Shown here piece after piece: positions 19,391-28,620 of a DNA stretch of 64,000 nucleotides. Location: contig CAYGZL010000032.1 of the NCBI GenBank assembly GCA_964354345.1, positions 128,684 to 192,683 on the forward strand, given 5' to 3'. The position numbers and the translations under genes were made by a program. Position 1 is the stretch's first letter; each line of letters begins with the position of its first letter. This DNA is from an uncultured Anaerolineaceae bacterium (GTDB lineage Bacteria; Chloroflexota; Anaerolineae; Anaerolineales; UBA4823). Below the pieces are notes generated by a model. That model saw only the letters and a program-made list of their open reading frames with translations. It was not told where the DNA came from and ran no database searches.

Positions 19391-20763
19391 AACTCTCTCT
19401 TGTACCAAGTCTCGCGCGCCCCAGAAGCTACAAACAGACTGCCAGTTACCAACACCATTGCTTCACCCTCCGCCATTTGAATAGCCTGCACTAATGCGTC
19501 CTCTACTTTTGGTACGATCATGGCTGGGCGACCATAACGGTGAGCCAGGGTGACCAGGATTTCCGGGTCCATTGCGCGTGGGTGGTAGGAGCGGGTGGCG
19601 ACTACTCGACTCACCCGTGGCATCAATTCAGCAAACATCCCTTCTACGTCTTTATCTTCTGAGGCGCCAAAAACCAGGATCACTGGTTGCCCCGGGAAAT
19701 AATCATCCAGCGCCAGGCGTAATCGCAAGGCCGAATCACGGTTATGGGCCGAGTCGATCACGACGGGAGGGTAACGCTGAAGGATTTCAAATCTCCCAGG
19801 CCATGAAACCTTAGCAAAACCGTCTTTGATCTCACTTTCACTTATCGGCAATCCCCCACTCGCCCGCCAAACCTGCAGAGTCGTATAGGCTGTAGCCGCA
19901 TTCTCAATTTGGTGATATCCAAGTAAGGGGATGTTCAAACGGGTAGGTTCCCATTCCTGCAAACCACCTGATTCAATATATTCATTCACTAAAGCCTGAT
20001 CGGAGGCAGACCAAACCAACATTGTCTGTCCGCCAGTCAATGAATGTGACACGTGGGCATACAAGACATCCCGACCTACCTCCGTTAAAGGTGATCCTCG
20101 TTCAAGCGCCACGCGTTCGATCACATGGCGCGCCTCTTCTTTCTGCGGCGCCATGATAACCGGCACACCACATTTTATAATCCCGGCCTTTTCTCCCGCA
20201 ATTTGTGCCAGGGAGGAGCCCAGGATATTCGTGTGGTCATAGGATAATGATGTTATCACCGATACTTGCGGAATGATAATGTTGGTAGCATCCAGACGTC
20301 CGCCCAACCCAACCTCGATCACTGCTACATCCACATTCTGACGGGCAAAATACAGGAATGCTAAAGCGGTAGTAATTTCAAAAGTTGTCAATTCCGTTCT
20401 GGCATGTAAAAGAGGCTTGACCTCCTCAACCAGGTTGACTAAGTCGCCATGAGAGATTGACTGGCGGTCGATCTGGATCCGCTCGACATAATCGTGCAAA
20501 TGCGGAGAGGTATACAAACCGACGCGGTATCCCGCAGCTTGTAATGCACTGGCGCACAATGCCGAAGTAGAACCCTTACCTTTCGTTCCAGCGACATGGA
20601 TGATCGGATAGGCCTGGTCAGGGCGGCCAAGAGCATCCATAAACTCAACCATCCGCTGCAGGTTGAAATGCTCTGGTGCATAACGGAAATTGCGCGTCAG
20701 GCTATAATCTATAAAGCTAAACAAGAAATCAAGGGTTTCTTGGTAAACTTTTTCGTAATCCAT
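19387..20763 (-). CDS. folC: bifunctional folylpolyglutamate synthase / dihydrofolate synthase
   Basis: HVAGTKGKGST P-loop, Mur-ligase-like middle and C-terminal domains, 458 aa. Confidence 0.88.
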   Translation of the reverse strand: MDYEKVYQETLDFLFSFIDYSLTRNFRYAPEHFNLQRMVEFMDALGRPDQAYPIIHVAGTKGKGSTSALCASALQAAGYRVGLYTSPHLHDYVERIQIDRQSISHGDLVNLVEEVKPLLHARTELTTFEITTALAFLYFARQNVDVAVIEVGLGGRLDATNIIIPQVSVITSLSYDHTNILGSSLAQIAGEKAGIIKCGVPVIMAPQKEEARHVIERVALERGSPLTEVGRDVLYAHVSHSLTGGQTMLVWSASDQALVNEYIESGGLQEWEPTRLNIPLLGYHQIENAATAYTTLQVWRASGGLPISESEIKDGFAKVSWPGRFEILQRYPPVVIDSAHNRDSALRLRLALDDYFPGQPVILVFGASEDKDVEGMFAELMPRVSRVVATRSYHPRAMDPEILVTLAHRYGRPAMIVPKVEDALVQAIQMAEGEAMVLVTGSLFVASGARETWYKREL

Positions 20764-20875
20764 AGTTGCGTGATTGTAACCTCATGCCTACATCCAGACA
20801 AGAGTTTGGAAATTATTTTTAGCGCTGTCCCGGTGTATAAACGTACGGGCTATTTGATAGTGGTAAAATCTTGCC

Positions 20876-21625
20876 ATGTTGAAATCTCCTTGGAAGCGGA
20901 TCCTGCGCATTCTGGCCGCGTTGATTTCTATCGCTATCCTGGTTTTATTAGGGCCACGCTTGATCATTAGGGTACAAGCTGGGAGGCAGACATACTCGAT
21001 CAACGCAGTACCCGCCCAGCGTGTAGCGATTGTCTTTGGAGCAGGTTTGTGGCGTGATGGCAGCCCAACGCCAATCTTACGCGAACGAGTAGCTGCAGCG
21101 GCCGAACTCTATTTCACCGGGAAAGTCGAAAAATTGCTAATGAGTGGTGATAATCGCTTTGTTTACTACAACGAACCGGGTGCAATGCGCGAATTTGCCT
21201 TGAGTCTGAATATCCCGGAAGACGCGATTGTCCTGGATTATGCAGGACGCCGCACTTATGATACCTGCTACCGTGCAAAAGCTGTTTTTGGTGTCAAGGA
21301 AGCGATCCTGGTAACGCAGGATTTCCACCTACCCCGAGCCCTATACCTGTGCAACTCACTCGGTGTTTCAGCCGTGGGTGTATCGGCTGACGGACATAGC
21401 GGAACAGCAGATCCGGGGTACCGGCGAAGCACATTGTTCTACTGGAACATGCGTGAAATCCCGGCTGTTCTGGCGGCCTTGTGGGAAGTGAATATTTCCC
21501 ACCCTGTTCCAGTGCTGGGTGATCTAGAGCCTATTTTCCCCGATGAAGGGCAGGATGTGCGTCGATTCATGCCATTTCCGCAAAAAATTTTTCTAAAGGA
21601 GGAAGCAGCCACTGATGAACCGTGA
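20876..21625 (+). CDS. SanA/ElyC/YdcF (DUF218) family membrane-anchored protein
   Basis: N-terminal TM helix. The DUF218-like core includes AIVFGAGL, LLMSGDN and QDFHLPRALY. Confidence 0.7.
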   Translation: MLKSPWKRILRILAALISIAILVLLGPRLIIRVQAGRQTYSINAVPAQRVAIVFGAGLWRDGSPTPILRERVAAAAELYFTGKVEKLLMSGDNRFVYYNEPGAMREFALSLNIPEDAIVLDYAGRRTYDTCYRAKAVFGVKEAILVTQDFHLPRALYLCNSLGVSAVGVSADGHSGTADPGYRRSTLFYWNMREIPAVLAALWEVNISHPVPVLGDLEPIFPDEGQDVRRFMPFPQKIFLKEEAATDEP

Positions 21626-22184
21626 TCAGGCTTTAATTATCTTACGGGAATATGTCAAGAACGAGAATCTGATACGCCACATGCTGGCCGTTGAAGCCGC
21701 CATGCGCTTCTATGCCGAAAACCTTGACAGTGATAGCGAGGCATGGGGCCTGGCTGGTCTGCTTCACGATTTTGACTGGGAAATCCACCCCACATTAGAG
21801 CAACATCCTCAAGCAGGCGCAGCCATCTTACGAGCGCGAGAAGTGCCCGAAGAAATAATCGAAGCGATTCTCAGCCACGCCGATCATACCGGTATACCCC
21901 GGCAAACACGGATGCAAAAGGCGCTCTACGCTTGCGATGAAATAACGGGGTTAATCACCGCGGTTGCGTTGGTTCGTCCCTCTCGTTCCCTCTATGACCT
22001 CACCGCAGCCTCTGTTAAAAAGAAGTGGAAAGATCGAGCGTTCGCCGCAGGAGCCAACCGGGAGGAAATCTCCCGGGCAGCCCAGGAGTTTGGCGTCGAA
22101 CTCTGGGAACACGTTGACCACGTGATCGAAGCAATGCGGCGCATTGCGCCAGAATTAGGGCTGGAGGGTAGTCTTACTGGTTGA
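21615..22184 (+). CDS. HD-domain (HDIG-like) phosphohydrolase
   Basis: 189 aa. RHMLAVE...LLHDFDWE...HADH metal-ligand pattern. Confidence 0.7.
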   Translation: MNRDQALIILREYVKNENLIRHMLAVEAAMRFYAENLDSDSEAWGLAGLLHDFDWEIHPTLEQHPQAGAAILRAREVPEEIIEAILSHADHTGIPRQTRMQKALYACDEITGLITAVALVRPSRSLYDLTAASVKKKWKDRAFAAGANREEISRAAQEFGVELWEHVDHVIEAMRRIAPELGLEGSLTG

Positions 22185-22566
22185 CTAATTTGATTCCTTT
22201 GCATGGATCGCCACATTTCTGGATGACAATCTTGACATCATCATAAGTGGTCTCCTTGGCGACTAATGTTCGTCCATCGCGCAGGCTGAGGGTGAGTTGC
22301 AAGGATGATGATTGAACGATTTGGGTTACTTCTCCGTTATACATCATCGCTACAACATGGTCCCAGGCGACCTCATCGCCGCTTTTTGGTTCTGGGTAAA
22401 GCTGACTGAGCTTTTCTTGAGTCGCTCCCGGGGCAGGGTAGACCATATCGGTTGGTGCAGGATAATTAGCCGTTGATTCTACCTGGGACGTTGCTGCAGG
22501 CGGAGTGTTGCACGCGCCCAAAACGAGCGCAGCGCAAACCAGGATTAGGATAAGCCGTAACTTCAT
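22174..22566 (-). CDS. small lipoprotein, unknown function
   Basis: Signal peptide with a lipobox (LVLGAC), 130 aa. Its 3' end is convergent with the HD gene and overlaps it. Confidence 0.55.
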   Translation of the reverse strand: MKLRLILILVCAALVLGACNTPPAATSQVESTANYPAPTDMVYPAPGATQEKLSQLYPEPKSGDEVAWDHVVAMMYNGEVTQIVQSSSLQLTLSLRDGRTLVAKETTYDDVKIVIQKCGDPCKGIKLVNQ

Positions 22567-22639
22567 AGAAAAATTTACCTCCTCAAGGAAAATCTCTTAC
22601 GAATATCTGAAAATAGTTCATTATTATAAACCTGTCAAA

Positions 22640-22668
22640 TTGACAATTTGATGAATATACGCTAAACT
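22640..22668 (+). promoter_or_regulatory. sigma70-type promoter for the recombinase-like gene
   Basis: TTGACA (22640-22645), 17 nt spacer, TAAACT (22663-22668). The -35 element is part of the palindrome TGTCAAaTTGACA (22634-22645). Confidence 0.45.
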
Positions 22669-22718
22669 TAACTTAAGAAGACTATACGAAAAATCTATCC
22701 GCAATTCTTGGAGGTCAC

Positions 22719-23636
22719 ATGTCCCCCGATCCTAGTCCTCTCGCTGATTCAGCCCATATCACCTCCCAAAGTCTACTCATACCAACGATTACCGCCTGGC
22801 GTTTTTTCTTGGACGATAAGGGAAATTCGATCTACACCGTAAAAGCCTTCACAGCCGATTTACGTTTATTGGCCTCTTACTTACCTGCTGACCGCCCCTT
22901 GGGCAACATAAGCACCTTCGATCTGAATAATTTTTTGGAATGGATGCAGCGTGGACGGGGTGTTCCGTGTAGTCCAAAAACACTCTCTCGTCGGATTACC
23001 TCATTAAAGGCCTTTTTCCGCTGGTTACATCAAAACGGCGTTATCCTGATTGATCCGGCTGAAAAAGTTATTCAAAAAACTGCCATAAGCCCTTTACAAG
23101 AAGTGCTGACGCCCAATGAATATCAACTCGTTATCGAGGCCGCTCTGGTACATCGGCGCGCAACACGACCAGACACGCGTCCCTATGCGTTGTTAAAATT
23201 GCTGCTCGACACCGGAATCAAAAAAGGCGAATGCTTGACTATCAGTCAAAATCACATCGATTTAGAAGCCCCCAACGGAGCGATCCTTTTTGTCCGTTAC
23301 GCCAGCCCGCAACACCGCTATAAAGAACGCAAGATCTCCCTGACTGCTGATTGGATCGAAGCCTACCAGGAATATCAAAAACAATATCATCTTAGTGATC
23401 GGGTTTTCCCCTGGTCACCGCGCCGATTGGAATATTTACTGGAAGATATCAGTAACGAAGCCGGTTTGCGTAAACACCTGTCATTCGACATGTGCCGTTG
23501 GACATGCGCTCTCCATGATTGGCAGTCTGATACGGACCGGACAAAGATCCGTCAAAAATTAGGGATTTCAAAAATCCAGTGGCGCGAGATCAGCGCCAAG
23601 CTGGAACGCCTGGCTGCAGACAATCCATCTCGTTAA
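22719..23636 (+). CDS. tyrosine-recombinase-fold (XerC/D-like) protein with a degenerate active site
   Basis: SAM-like N-terminal core-binding domain plus an integrase-fold C-domain. Arg I is Lys (DTGIKKGE). The HxxR box reads DMCRW. No Tyr occurs in the last ~60 residues where the nucleophile should be (LGISKIQWREISAKL). Confidence 0.7.
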   Translation: MSPDPSPLADSAHITSQSLLIPTITAWRFFLDDKGNSIYTVKAFTADLRLLASYLPADRPLGNISTFDLNNFLEWMQRGRGVPCSPKTLSRRITSLKAFFRWLHQNGVILIDPAEKVIQKTAISPLQEVLTPNEYQLVIEAALVHRRATRPDTRPYALLKLLLDTGIKKGECLTISQNHIDLEAPNGAILFVRYASPQHRYKERKISLTADWIEAYQEYQKQYHLSDRVFPWSPRRLEYLLEDISNEAGLRKHLSFDMCRWTCALHDWQSDTDRTKIRQKLGISKIQWREISAKLERLAADNPSR

Positions 23637-23712
23637 ACATGACCTGACGCTCATACCCAGCGGAACTGTCTTTCGAGTAGCTCCCCTTTTTTATTGCACA
23701 CCGTGCAGAAAT

Positions 23713-23835
23713 CTACTTGGCGACAATCGAGATAATCATCGATAGGATGACAATCACACCGATTGCAATAAAAAGCAACTGTTGAATTCGCATGTTACGG
23801 ACATCGCGCTTACTGCGCGTTGATTTTTTTGCCAT
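23713..23835 (-). CDS. candidate 40-aa single-pass membrane microprotein
   Basis: Not in the ORF track because it is under 60 aa. It reads MAKKSTRSKRDVRNMRIQQLLFIAIGVIVILSMIISIVAK. A GAGG lies ~8 nt upstream, and the ATG is 10 nt downstream of the uvrC stop. Confidence 0.4.
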   Translation of the reverse strand: MAKKSTRSKRDVRNMRIQQLLFIAIGVIVILSMIISIVAK

Positions 23836-23845
23836 ACTTACGACC

Positions 23846-25711
23846 TCACTCTAGATGATCCTTGATCGTCTGCGCCAGTTTTGCGGTAATTCCAGTTACT
23901 GCGGTCAGCTCCTCGATCGAGGCATCTATTATATCTTCAATCGAGCCAAAGCGCTTTAGCAATACATTCCGGCGCGCCGGTCCGATGCCTGGCACACCAT
24001 CTAAACGGGAGGCGATGCCAGTCTTGGTGCGCAACTTGCGATGGGATGTTATGGCGAAGCGATGTGCTTCGTCACGCACCCGCTGAATCAAGTATAAACC
24101 CTGGGAATGGCGCGGCAGAACCAAGGCATTTTGTCGCCCGGGCAAGAAAAGCTCTTCGTTTTGTTTGGCCAACCCCACCACAGGAACTATACCAGCCAGC
24201 TCAAATCGTTCTAACACCGCCACGGCCCGACCTAATTGTCCCTTGCCACCATCTACCATCAACAAGTCAGGCAGACGTGCAAAGGCCTCATCCGGTTTCT
24301 TACCCGGTGAATCGGATTGCTCTTGAGCGGCTTTCCAACGATTCATGCGCCGCGTTAAAACCTCCTCCATACTGGCAAAATCATCCGGTCCAGAAACACT
24401 GCGAATATTAAAATGACGGTAAAGCTTCTTTTTCGGTACACCCTGTTCAAAAACAATCATACTGCCAACAGCAGCCGTTCCCTGAGTATTGGAGATATCA
24501 TAGCATTCGATCCGACCAATCGGATTTGCTAATTCAAGCGCAGTCTGGAGCTCGGCCAGGGCTTGTTCCTGGCGGTGGCGGTCCGATTCCCACTGCGCCA
24601 TCAAAGAACGCAATGTCTCGGAGGCATTATCAGCCGCCATCTGGATCAACTCTTGCTGTTGACCATGATGCGGTACAAGAATTTCTACCATACCGCTGCC
24701 GCGCTTCTGACTGAGCCACTGTTTGATGATCTGCGCTTCTTCGACTTCTTGCGGTAACAACACCTGAGCAGGAACAGTCAAGGACTGGTCATAGAATTGC
24801 TTGATGAACTCAGCCATCACTGCCGAGTCTGGTGTATCTTCGGCCCCCTCTAACAAGAAATAATCTCTGCCAATTAGTTTTCCACCGCGGATAAAGAACA
24901 CCTGCACACAGGCCTCGCCGTTCGAACGCGCCATGGCCAGCACATCCGAATCAGCATAATCCGCTGAAAAGACCACCTTCTGACGTTCAACCACGCTTTC
25001 GATGGCACGGATTTTATCGCGCATTACAGCAGCGCGTTCAAATTGTAGTTGCTCAGACGATTGCTCCATCTCAAGCCGCATTCGGGATGTGATCTCTTCT
25101 GTATGCCCCTCCAAGAAATGACACAGATCTTCGATCATCTGGCGATATTGCACCTGATCGACTTTTCCAATGCAGGGTGCACAGCACAGCTTAATATCAA
25201 AATACAGGCAGGCGCGTTCGTCTTTGCCGGTAATTTCCCGGTCGCAAGACAGATAAGGGAATATTCGCCGTAACACATCGAGAGTCTGATGGACTGCCCA
25301 GACACCCGTATACGGTCCGTAATAGCGTGAGCCATCCTGTACAACCAGGCGGGTAACAGTAATTTTCGGGAAAGACTCTCCCCAATGAACCTTTAGATAA
25401 GGATAGCGCTTATCGTCTTTCAACCGTACGTTGTAATGCGGGCGGTGCTTTTTAATCAGGTTCATCTCCAGGATCAGCGCCTCCAATTCGGAGCCAACAA
25501 CAATCCATTCGATGTCCACGATTTTCCGCGCCAGTTGGGAAATTTTAGCTGTGTTCAACGTACCGATGTGAAAATACGAACGCACCCGGTTACGTATATT
25601 AACCGCCTTCCCCACATAAATAACTTTGCCTGTTGCGTCCTTCATGATGTAACAACCAGGCTTGGTCGGTAAAGTAGCCAAAATACCCGTCAGGTGTTCC
25701 GTTGCTTTCAT
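23846..25711 (-). CDS. uvrC: excinuclease ABC subunit C
   Basis: GIY-YIG N-terminus (GCYIMKD..VIYVGKA), UVR domain, RNase-H-like endonuclease region and C-terminal (HhH)2. 621 aa. Confidence 0.93.
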   Translation of the reverse strand: MKATEHLTGILATLPTKPGCYIMKDATGKVIYVGKAVNIRNRVRSYFHIGTLNTAKISQLARKIVDIEWIVVGSELEALILEMNLIKKHRPHYNVRLKDDKRYPYLKVHWGESFPKITVTRLVVQDGSRYYGPYTGVWAVHQTLDVLRRIFPYLSCDREITGKDERACLYFDIKLCCAPCIGKVDQVQYRQMIEDLCHFLEGHTEEITSRMRLEMEQSSEQLQFERAAVMRDKIRAIESVVERQKVVFSADYADSDVLAMARSNGEACVQVFFIRGGKLIGRDYFLLEGAEDTPDSAVMAEFIKQFYDQSLTVPAQVLLPQEVEEAQIIKQWLSQKRGSGMVEILVPHHGQQQELIQMAADNASETLRSLMAQWESDRHRQEQALAELQTALELANPIGRIECYDISNTQGTAAVGSMIVFEQGVPKKKLYRHFNIRSVSGPDDFASMEEVLTRRMNRWKAAQEQSDSPGKKPDEAFARLPDLLMVDGGKGQLGRAVAVLERFELAGIVPVVGLAKQNEELFLPGRQNALVLPRHSQGLYLIQRVRDEAHRFAITSHRKLRTKTGIASRLDGVPGIGPARRNVLLKRFGSIEDIIDASIEELTAVTGITAKLAQTIKDHLE

Positions 25712-25807
25712 AGCAGATCGATTCTATCAAGATTAATTAGATGGTGGTAGAGGAGAAGACTCAATATCTACCTATCCGTGATACCGAAACAATTTTATAA
25801 TCATGTC

Positions 25808-26290
25808 ATGGAGCAAAAAACCCTTGAGATTGTTGTGGGTGATTTATTACGCCGAGCTGGGTTACACCTGGCGACAGCCGAGTCCTGCACGGGTGGGCTA
25901 ATTAGCCATCGCATCACAAATGTCCCCGGATCATCAGATTATTACCTGGGCGGTGTAATCGCCTATGCGAATGACGTCAAGATACACCTGTTAGGAGTCA
26001 GCCAGGCTACATTAACACAACACGGCGCGGTCAGTCGTGAGACAACTCTTGAAATGGCACGCGGAGTTCAACACCTACTAGAGGCCGACATCGGTCTGTC
26101 CGTAAGCGGTATCGCAGGACCAGGAGGCGGAACGCTTGAGAAACCGGTTGGCCAGACATGGATTGGTTTGAATGCTGAAGGCTACTCACAAGCCTGGTGC
26201 TATCTCTGGCCAGGAGATCGTTTGAGTGTCAAAACCCAAACCGCGGAACAAGCTTTACGCTTACTGATGGATTACCTGAGAAGGCTTTAG
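25808..26290 (+). CDS. CinA C-terminal-domain protein / nicotinamide-nucleotide amidohydrolase (PncC-like)
   Basis: LATAESCTGGL, VIAYANDVK and SGIAGPGGG motifs. The ORF is open from GTG 25778, but ATG 25808 matches the usual family N-terminus. Confidence 0.8.
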   Translation: MEQKTLEIVVGDLLRRAGLHLATAESCTGGLISHRITNVPGSSDYYLGGVIAYANDVKIHLLGVSQATLTQHGAVSRETTLEMARGVQHLLEADIGLSVSGIAGPGGGTLEKPVGQTWIGLNAEGYSQAWCYLWPGDRLSVKTQTAEQALRLLMDYLRRL

Positions 26291-26296
26291 CCCATC

Positions 26297-26533
26297 ATGG
26301 ATAAAATTGAAGTCACTGTCCGGTTTGATCTGCAAGGCCAAATCACCCCGATAAACTTTACCTGGAAAGACCAAACATATCCGGTGATATCAACAGGACG
26401 GCGTTGGTCAGATGGACAGACCATCCATATTCTGGTCATGATTCCCAGCCAACGGATCTTCGAACTCGTTTATGCCCCCATAGAGAGCTATTGGTATTTA
26501 TTGTCTGTTGGCCTGGAGCGATCCGCAATCTGA
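26297..26533 (+). CDS. hypothetical 78-aa protein
   Basis: The ORF starts 7 nt after the cinA-like stop. No motif was recognised. Confidence 0.4.
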   Translation: MDKIEVTVRFDLQGQITPINFTWKDQTYPVISTGRRWSDGQTIHILVMIPSQRIFELVYAPIESYWYLLSVGLERSAI

Positions 26534-26594
26534 CAGGGGTCTTTTAGAATCACCAGCCGGTGAGAGGTCCCACCGGCCGGGAAAATTATCCGTT

Positions 26595-28382
26595 TCAGGC
26601 TGTACCTAAGCGAGCCCTCTCTTCGGCAGCCACACCTGGTTCTAGCTTACGGAACAGCGGCGCAGGTTGTCTTAGCGCCTGTCCGGGCTGGAGTTGGCTG
26701 GGTTGCCAGGCGCCGTTTGCCTCCCCTGAGCGGTACCGTAAAACCGTATGGTCTCCAAGCGCATCAGAATAGGTTTCAACGAACTGTTGCCCGAACAAGG
26801 GCTGGGTATATCCGAAGTAAGTGTGTAACCTTTCGGAGGTAAATGGCAAGAACGGCGCCAACAATATCTTGAGCGAGTCGATCGCTCGTAATCCGGTATA
26901 AATACTCTTTGCCGCAGCTTCACGATCACTTTTGATTTCAAACCAGGGCGCTGCCTTATCCAAATACTTGTTAACTTCGCCAGCCAGGCGAAAAGCCTCA
27001 ATTAAAGCAGCTCGCAGTCGAACCGCGCTTAGATGATCGCCAACACTTTGGAAACCCTTTTCAACCACAGACAATATTTCCTTGTCGGCAGGTCGCAGTT
27101 CTCCAGGTGTAGGGACTTGCCCTTGCCAGGTCCGATAGGCGAACGATAGAACCCGGTTAGCCAGATTTCCCCAGGTTGCCACCAGTTCATCATTGTTGCG
27201 GCGAACGAAGTCGTCCCAATCCCAGTCGGTATCCTTACTCTCGGGCATATTGATCGTCAGGTAATAGCGCAACGGATCTGGATCATAACGGGAGAGAAAA
27301 TCCAACCCCCATACCCCCCAATTCCGGCTCCCGGAAATTTTCTTGCCTTCCATATTTAAAAACTCGTTGGCTGGCACATCATAAGGCAGGGTCAGATGAG
27401 TTCCTTCTCGTTCATCGTAATATCTGCCAAACCATTCACCAACTCCTGCGAGTTGGGCTGGCCAAATCACTGCATGGAAAGGGATGTTATCTTTGCCAAT
27501 AAAATAGTATGCCCGCGCCTGTGGATTCAACCACCACTGCTCCCAGGCATCCGGCTGACCGATGATTTGTGCCCATTCAATTGCCGCAGACAGGTAGCCA
27601 ATAACTGCTTCAAACCACACATACAGACATTTACCCTCCCAGCCCTCCACCGGAACAGGGATACCCCAATCCAGGTCGCGCGTAATTGGTCGACCGTGCA
27701 ATCCTTCAGCCAGGATTTGCCCCAGCGATTGGCGCAACACATTTGGCCTCCAGTAGCCTTCTCGCTGGCGGAGAAAATTAATCACAGTCTCTTGTAAAGC
27801 CCCTAAATCCAGGTAGAAATGCTGGGTTTCCTTTAATATTGGCGTCGAACCATCCATCTTGGAACGAGGTTGAACCAACAAGGTTGCATCCAACAGGTTG
27901 CCGCAGCCATCACACTGGTCACCGCGGGCGTTCGGATAACCGCAAAAATAGCAAGTCCCTTCTACATAACGATCCGGCAAGAACCGCCCCTGGGAAGGAG
28001 CATACCATTGTTGTTGCCGATCGGCATACAGATAACCTCTTTTTTGGAGCGCCAGAAAGATTGATTGAGAGACCTTGAAATGGTTTGCGGTATGGGTGCT
28101 GGTATATAGATCGTATGTCAGGCCTAGTTTTTGGAAAAGCTCCAAAAAACCAGCATGGTACTTTTGATACACCTCCAGCGCAGTTGTCTTTTCGACATCC
28201 GCCCGAACGGTTACAGGCGTACCATGCGCATCCGATCCAGATACCATGATCACCCGGTTACCTGCCAGGCGGTGATAACGCGCAAAAATATCCGCCGGTA
28301 AATAAGAACCAGTGATATTACCAACATGAATTAGGGAATTGGCATACGGCCAGGCCACTGCAACCAGGATATTGTCTGCCAT
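26595..28382 (-). CDS. metG: methionine--tRNA ligase
   Basis: Class I motifs PYANSLIHVGN (HIGH-like) and KISGSR (KMSKS-like), plus zinc knuckles CYFCGY..CDGCG. 595 aa. Confidence 0.93.
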   Translation of the reverse strand: MADNILVAVAWPYANSLIHVGNITGSYLPADIFARYHRLAGNRVIMVSGSDAHGTPVTVRADVEKTTALEVYQKYHAGFLELFQKLGLTYDLYTSTHTANHFKVSQSIFLALQKRGYLYADRQQQWYAPSQGRFLPDRYVEGTCYFCGYPNARGDQCDGCGNLLDATLLVQPRSKMDGSTPILKETQHFYLDLGALQETVINFLRQREGYWRPNVLRQSLGQILAEGLHGRPITRDLDWGIPVPVEGWEGKCLYVWFEAVIGYLSAAIEWAQIIGQPDAWEQWWLNPQARAYYFIGKDNIPFHAVIWPAQLAGVGEWFGRYYDEREGTHLTLPYDVPANEFLNMEGKKISGSRNWGVWGLDFLSRYDPDPLRYYLTINMPESKDTDWDWDDFVRRNNDELVATWGNLANRVLSFAYRTWQGQVPTPGELRPADKEILSVVEKGFQSVGDHLSAVRLRAALIEAFRLAGEVNKYLDKAAPWFEIKSDREAAAKSIYTGLRAIDSLKILLAPFLPFTSERLHTYFGYTQPLFGQQFVETYSDALGDHTVLRYRSGEANGAWQPSQLQPGQALRQPAPLFRKLEPGVAAEERARLGTA

Positions 28383-28422
28383 GATAGACCTCCAGTTCTT
28401 CCATTTACTAAGTTCATCCCAT

Positions 28423-28455
28423 AGAAAGCGGGCTGTCCTGTGGTGGACAGCCCGC
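28423..28455 (-). terminator. intrinsic terminator inside the metG 5' leader
   Basis: On the minus strand GCGGGCUGUCC-ACCACA-GGACAGCCCGC forms an 11-bp GC-rich stem followed by UUUCU. It ends ~40 nt upstream of the metG ATG. Confidence 0.6.
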
Positions 28456-28523
28456 GGCGATATTTAAATCCTTATCGAACTACCTTCGCCCTACAGACAG
28501 CTGACCATACGGACGCGTTAAGA

Positions 28524-28592
28524 CTAGCCCATGCTGCGCATTAACATCGAGCGCAGAGTCATCCGTCGGTTCAGGGAGAAGAAAACAGTCAT
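28524..28592 (-). CDS. candidate Met-rich leader peptide (22 aa) upstream of metG
   Basis: The minus-strand ORF reads ATG ACT GTT TTC TTC TCC CTG AAC CGA CGG ATG ACT CTG CGC TCG ATG TTA ATG CGC AGC ATG GGC TAG, giving MTVFFSLNRRMTLRSMLMRSMG. A GAGAGG lies 9 nt upstream. It sits between a promoter and the terminator. Confidence 0.45.
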   Translation of the reverse strand: MTVFFSLNRRMTLRSMLMRSMG

Positions 28593-28620
28593 CTTCGATA
28601 ACCTCTCAAATATAGAGGTT

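Noticed and set aside
22719-23636. Integrase gene as a marker of an integrated phage or mobile element
   Set aside because: There are no phage, transposase or conjugation genes on either side. There is no adjacent tRNA and no flanking direct repeats were seen. The flanks are uvrC and housekeeping genes. The protein itself lacks the catalytic Tyr.
26560-26772. 70-aa plus-strand ORF at the 3' end of metG
   Set aside because: It overlaps the metG C-terminus on the opposite strand, has no RBS, and is rich in Pro, Ser and Gly. It is a shadow ORF.
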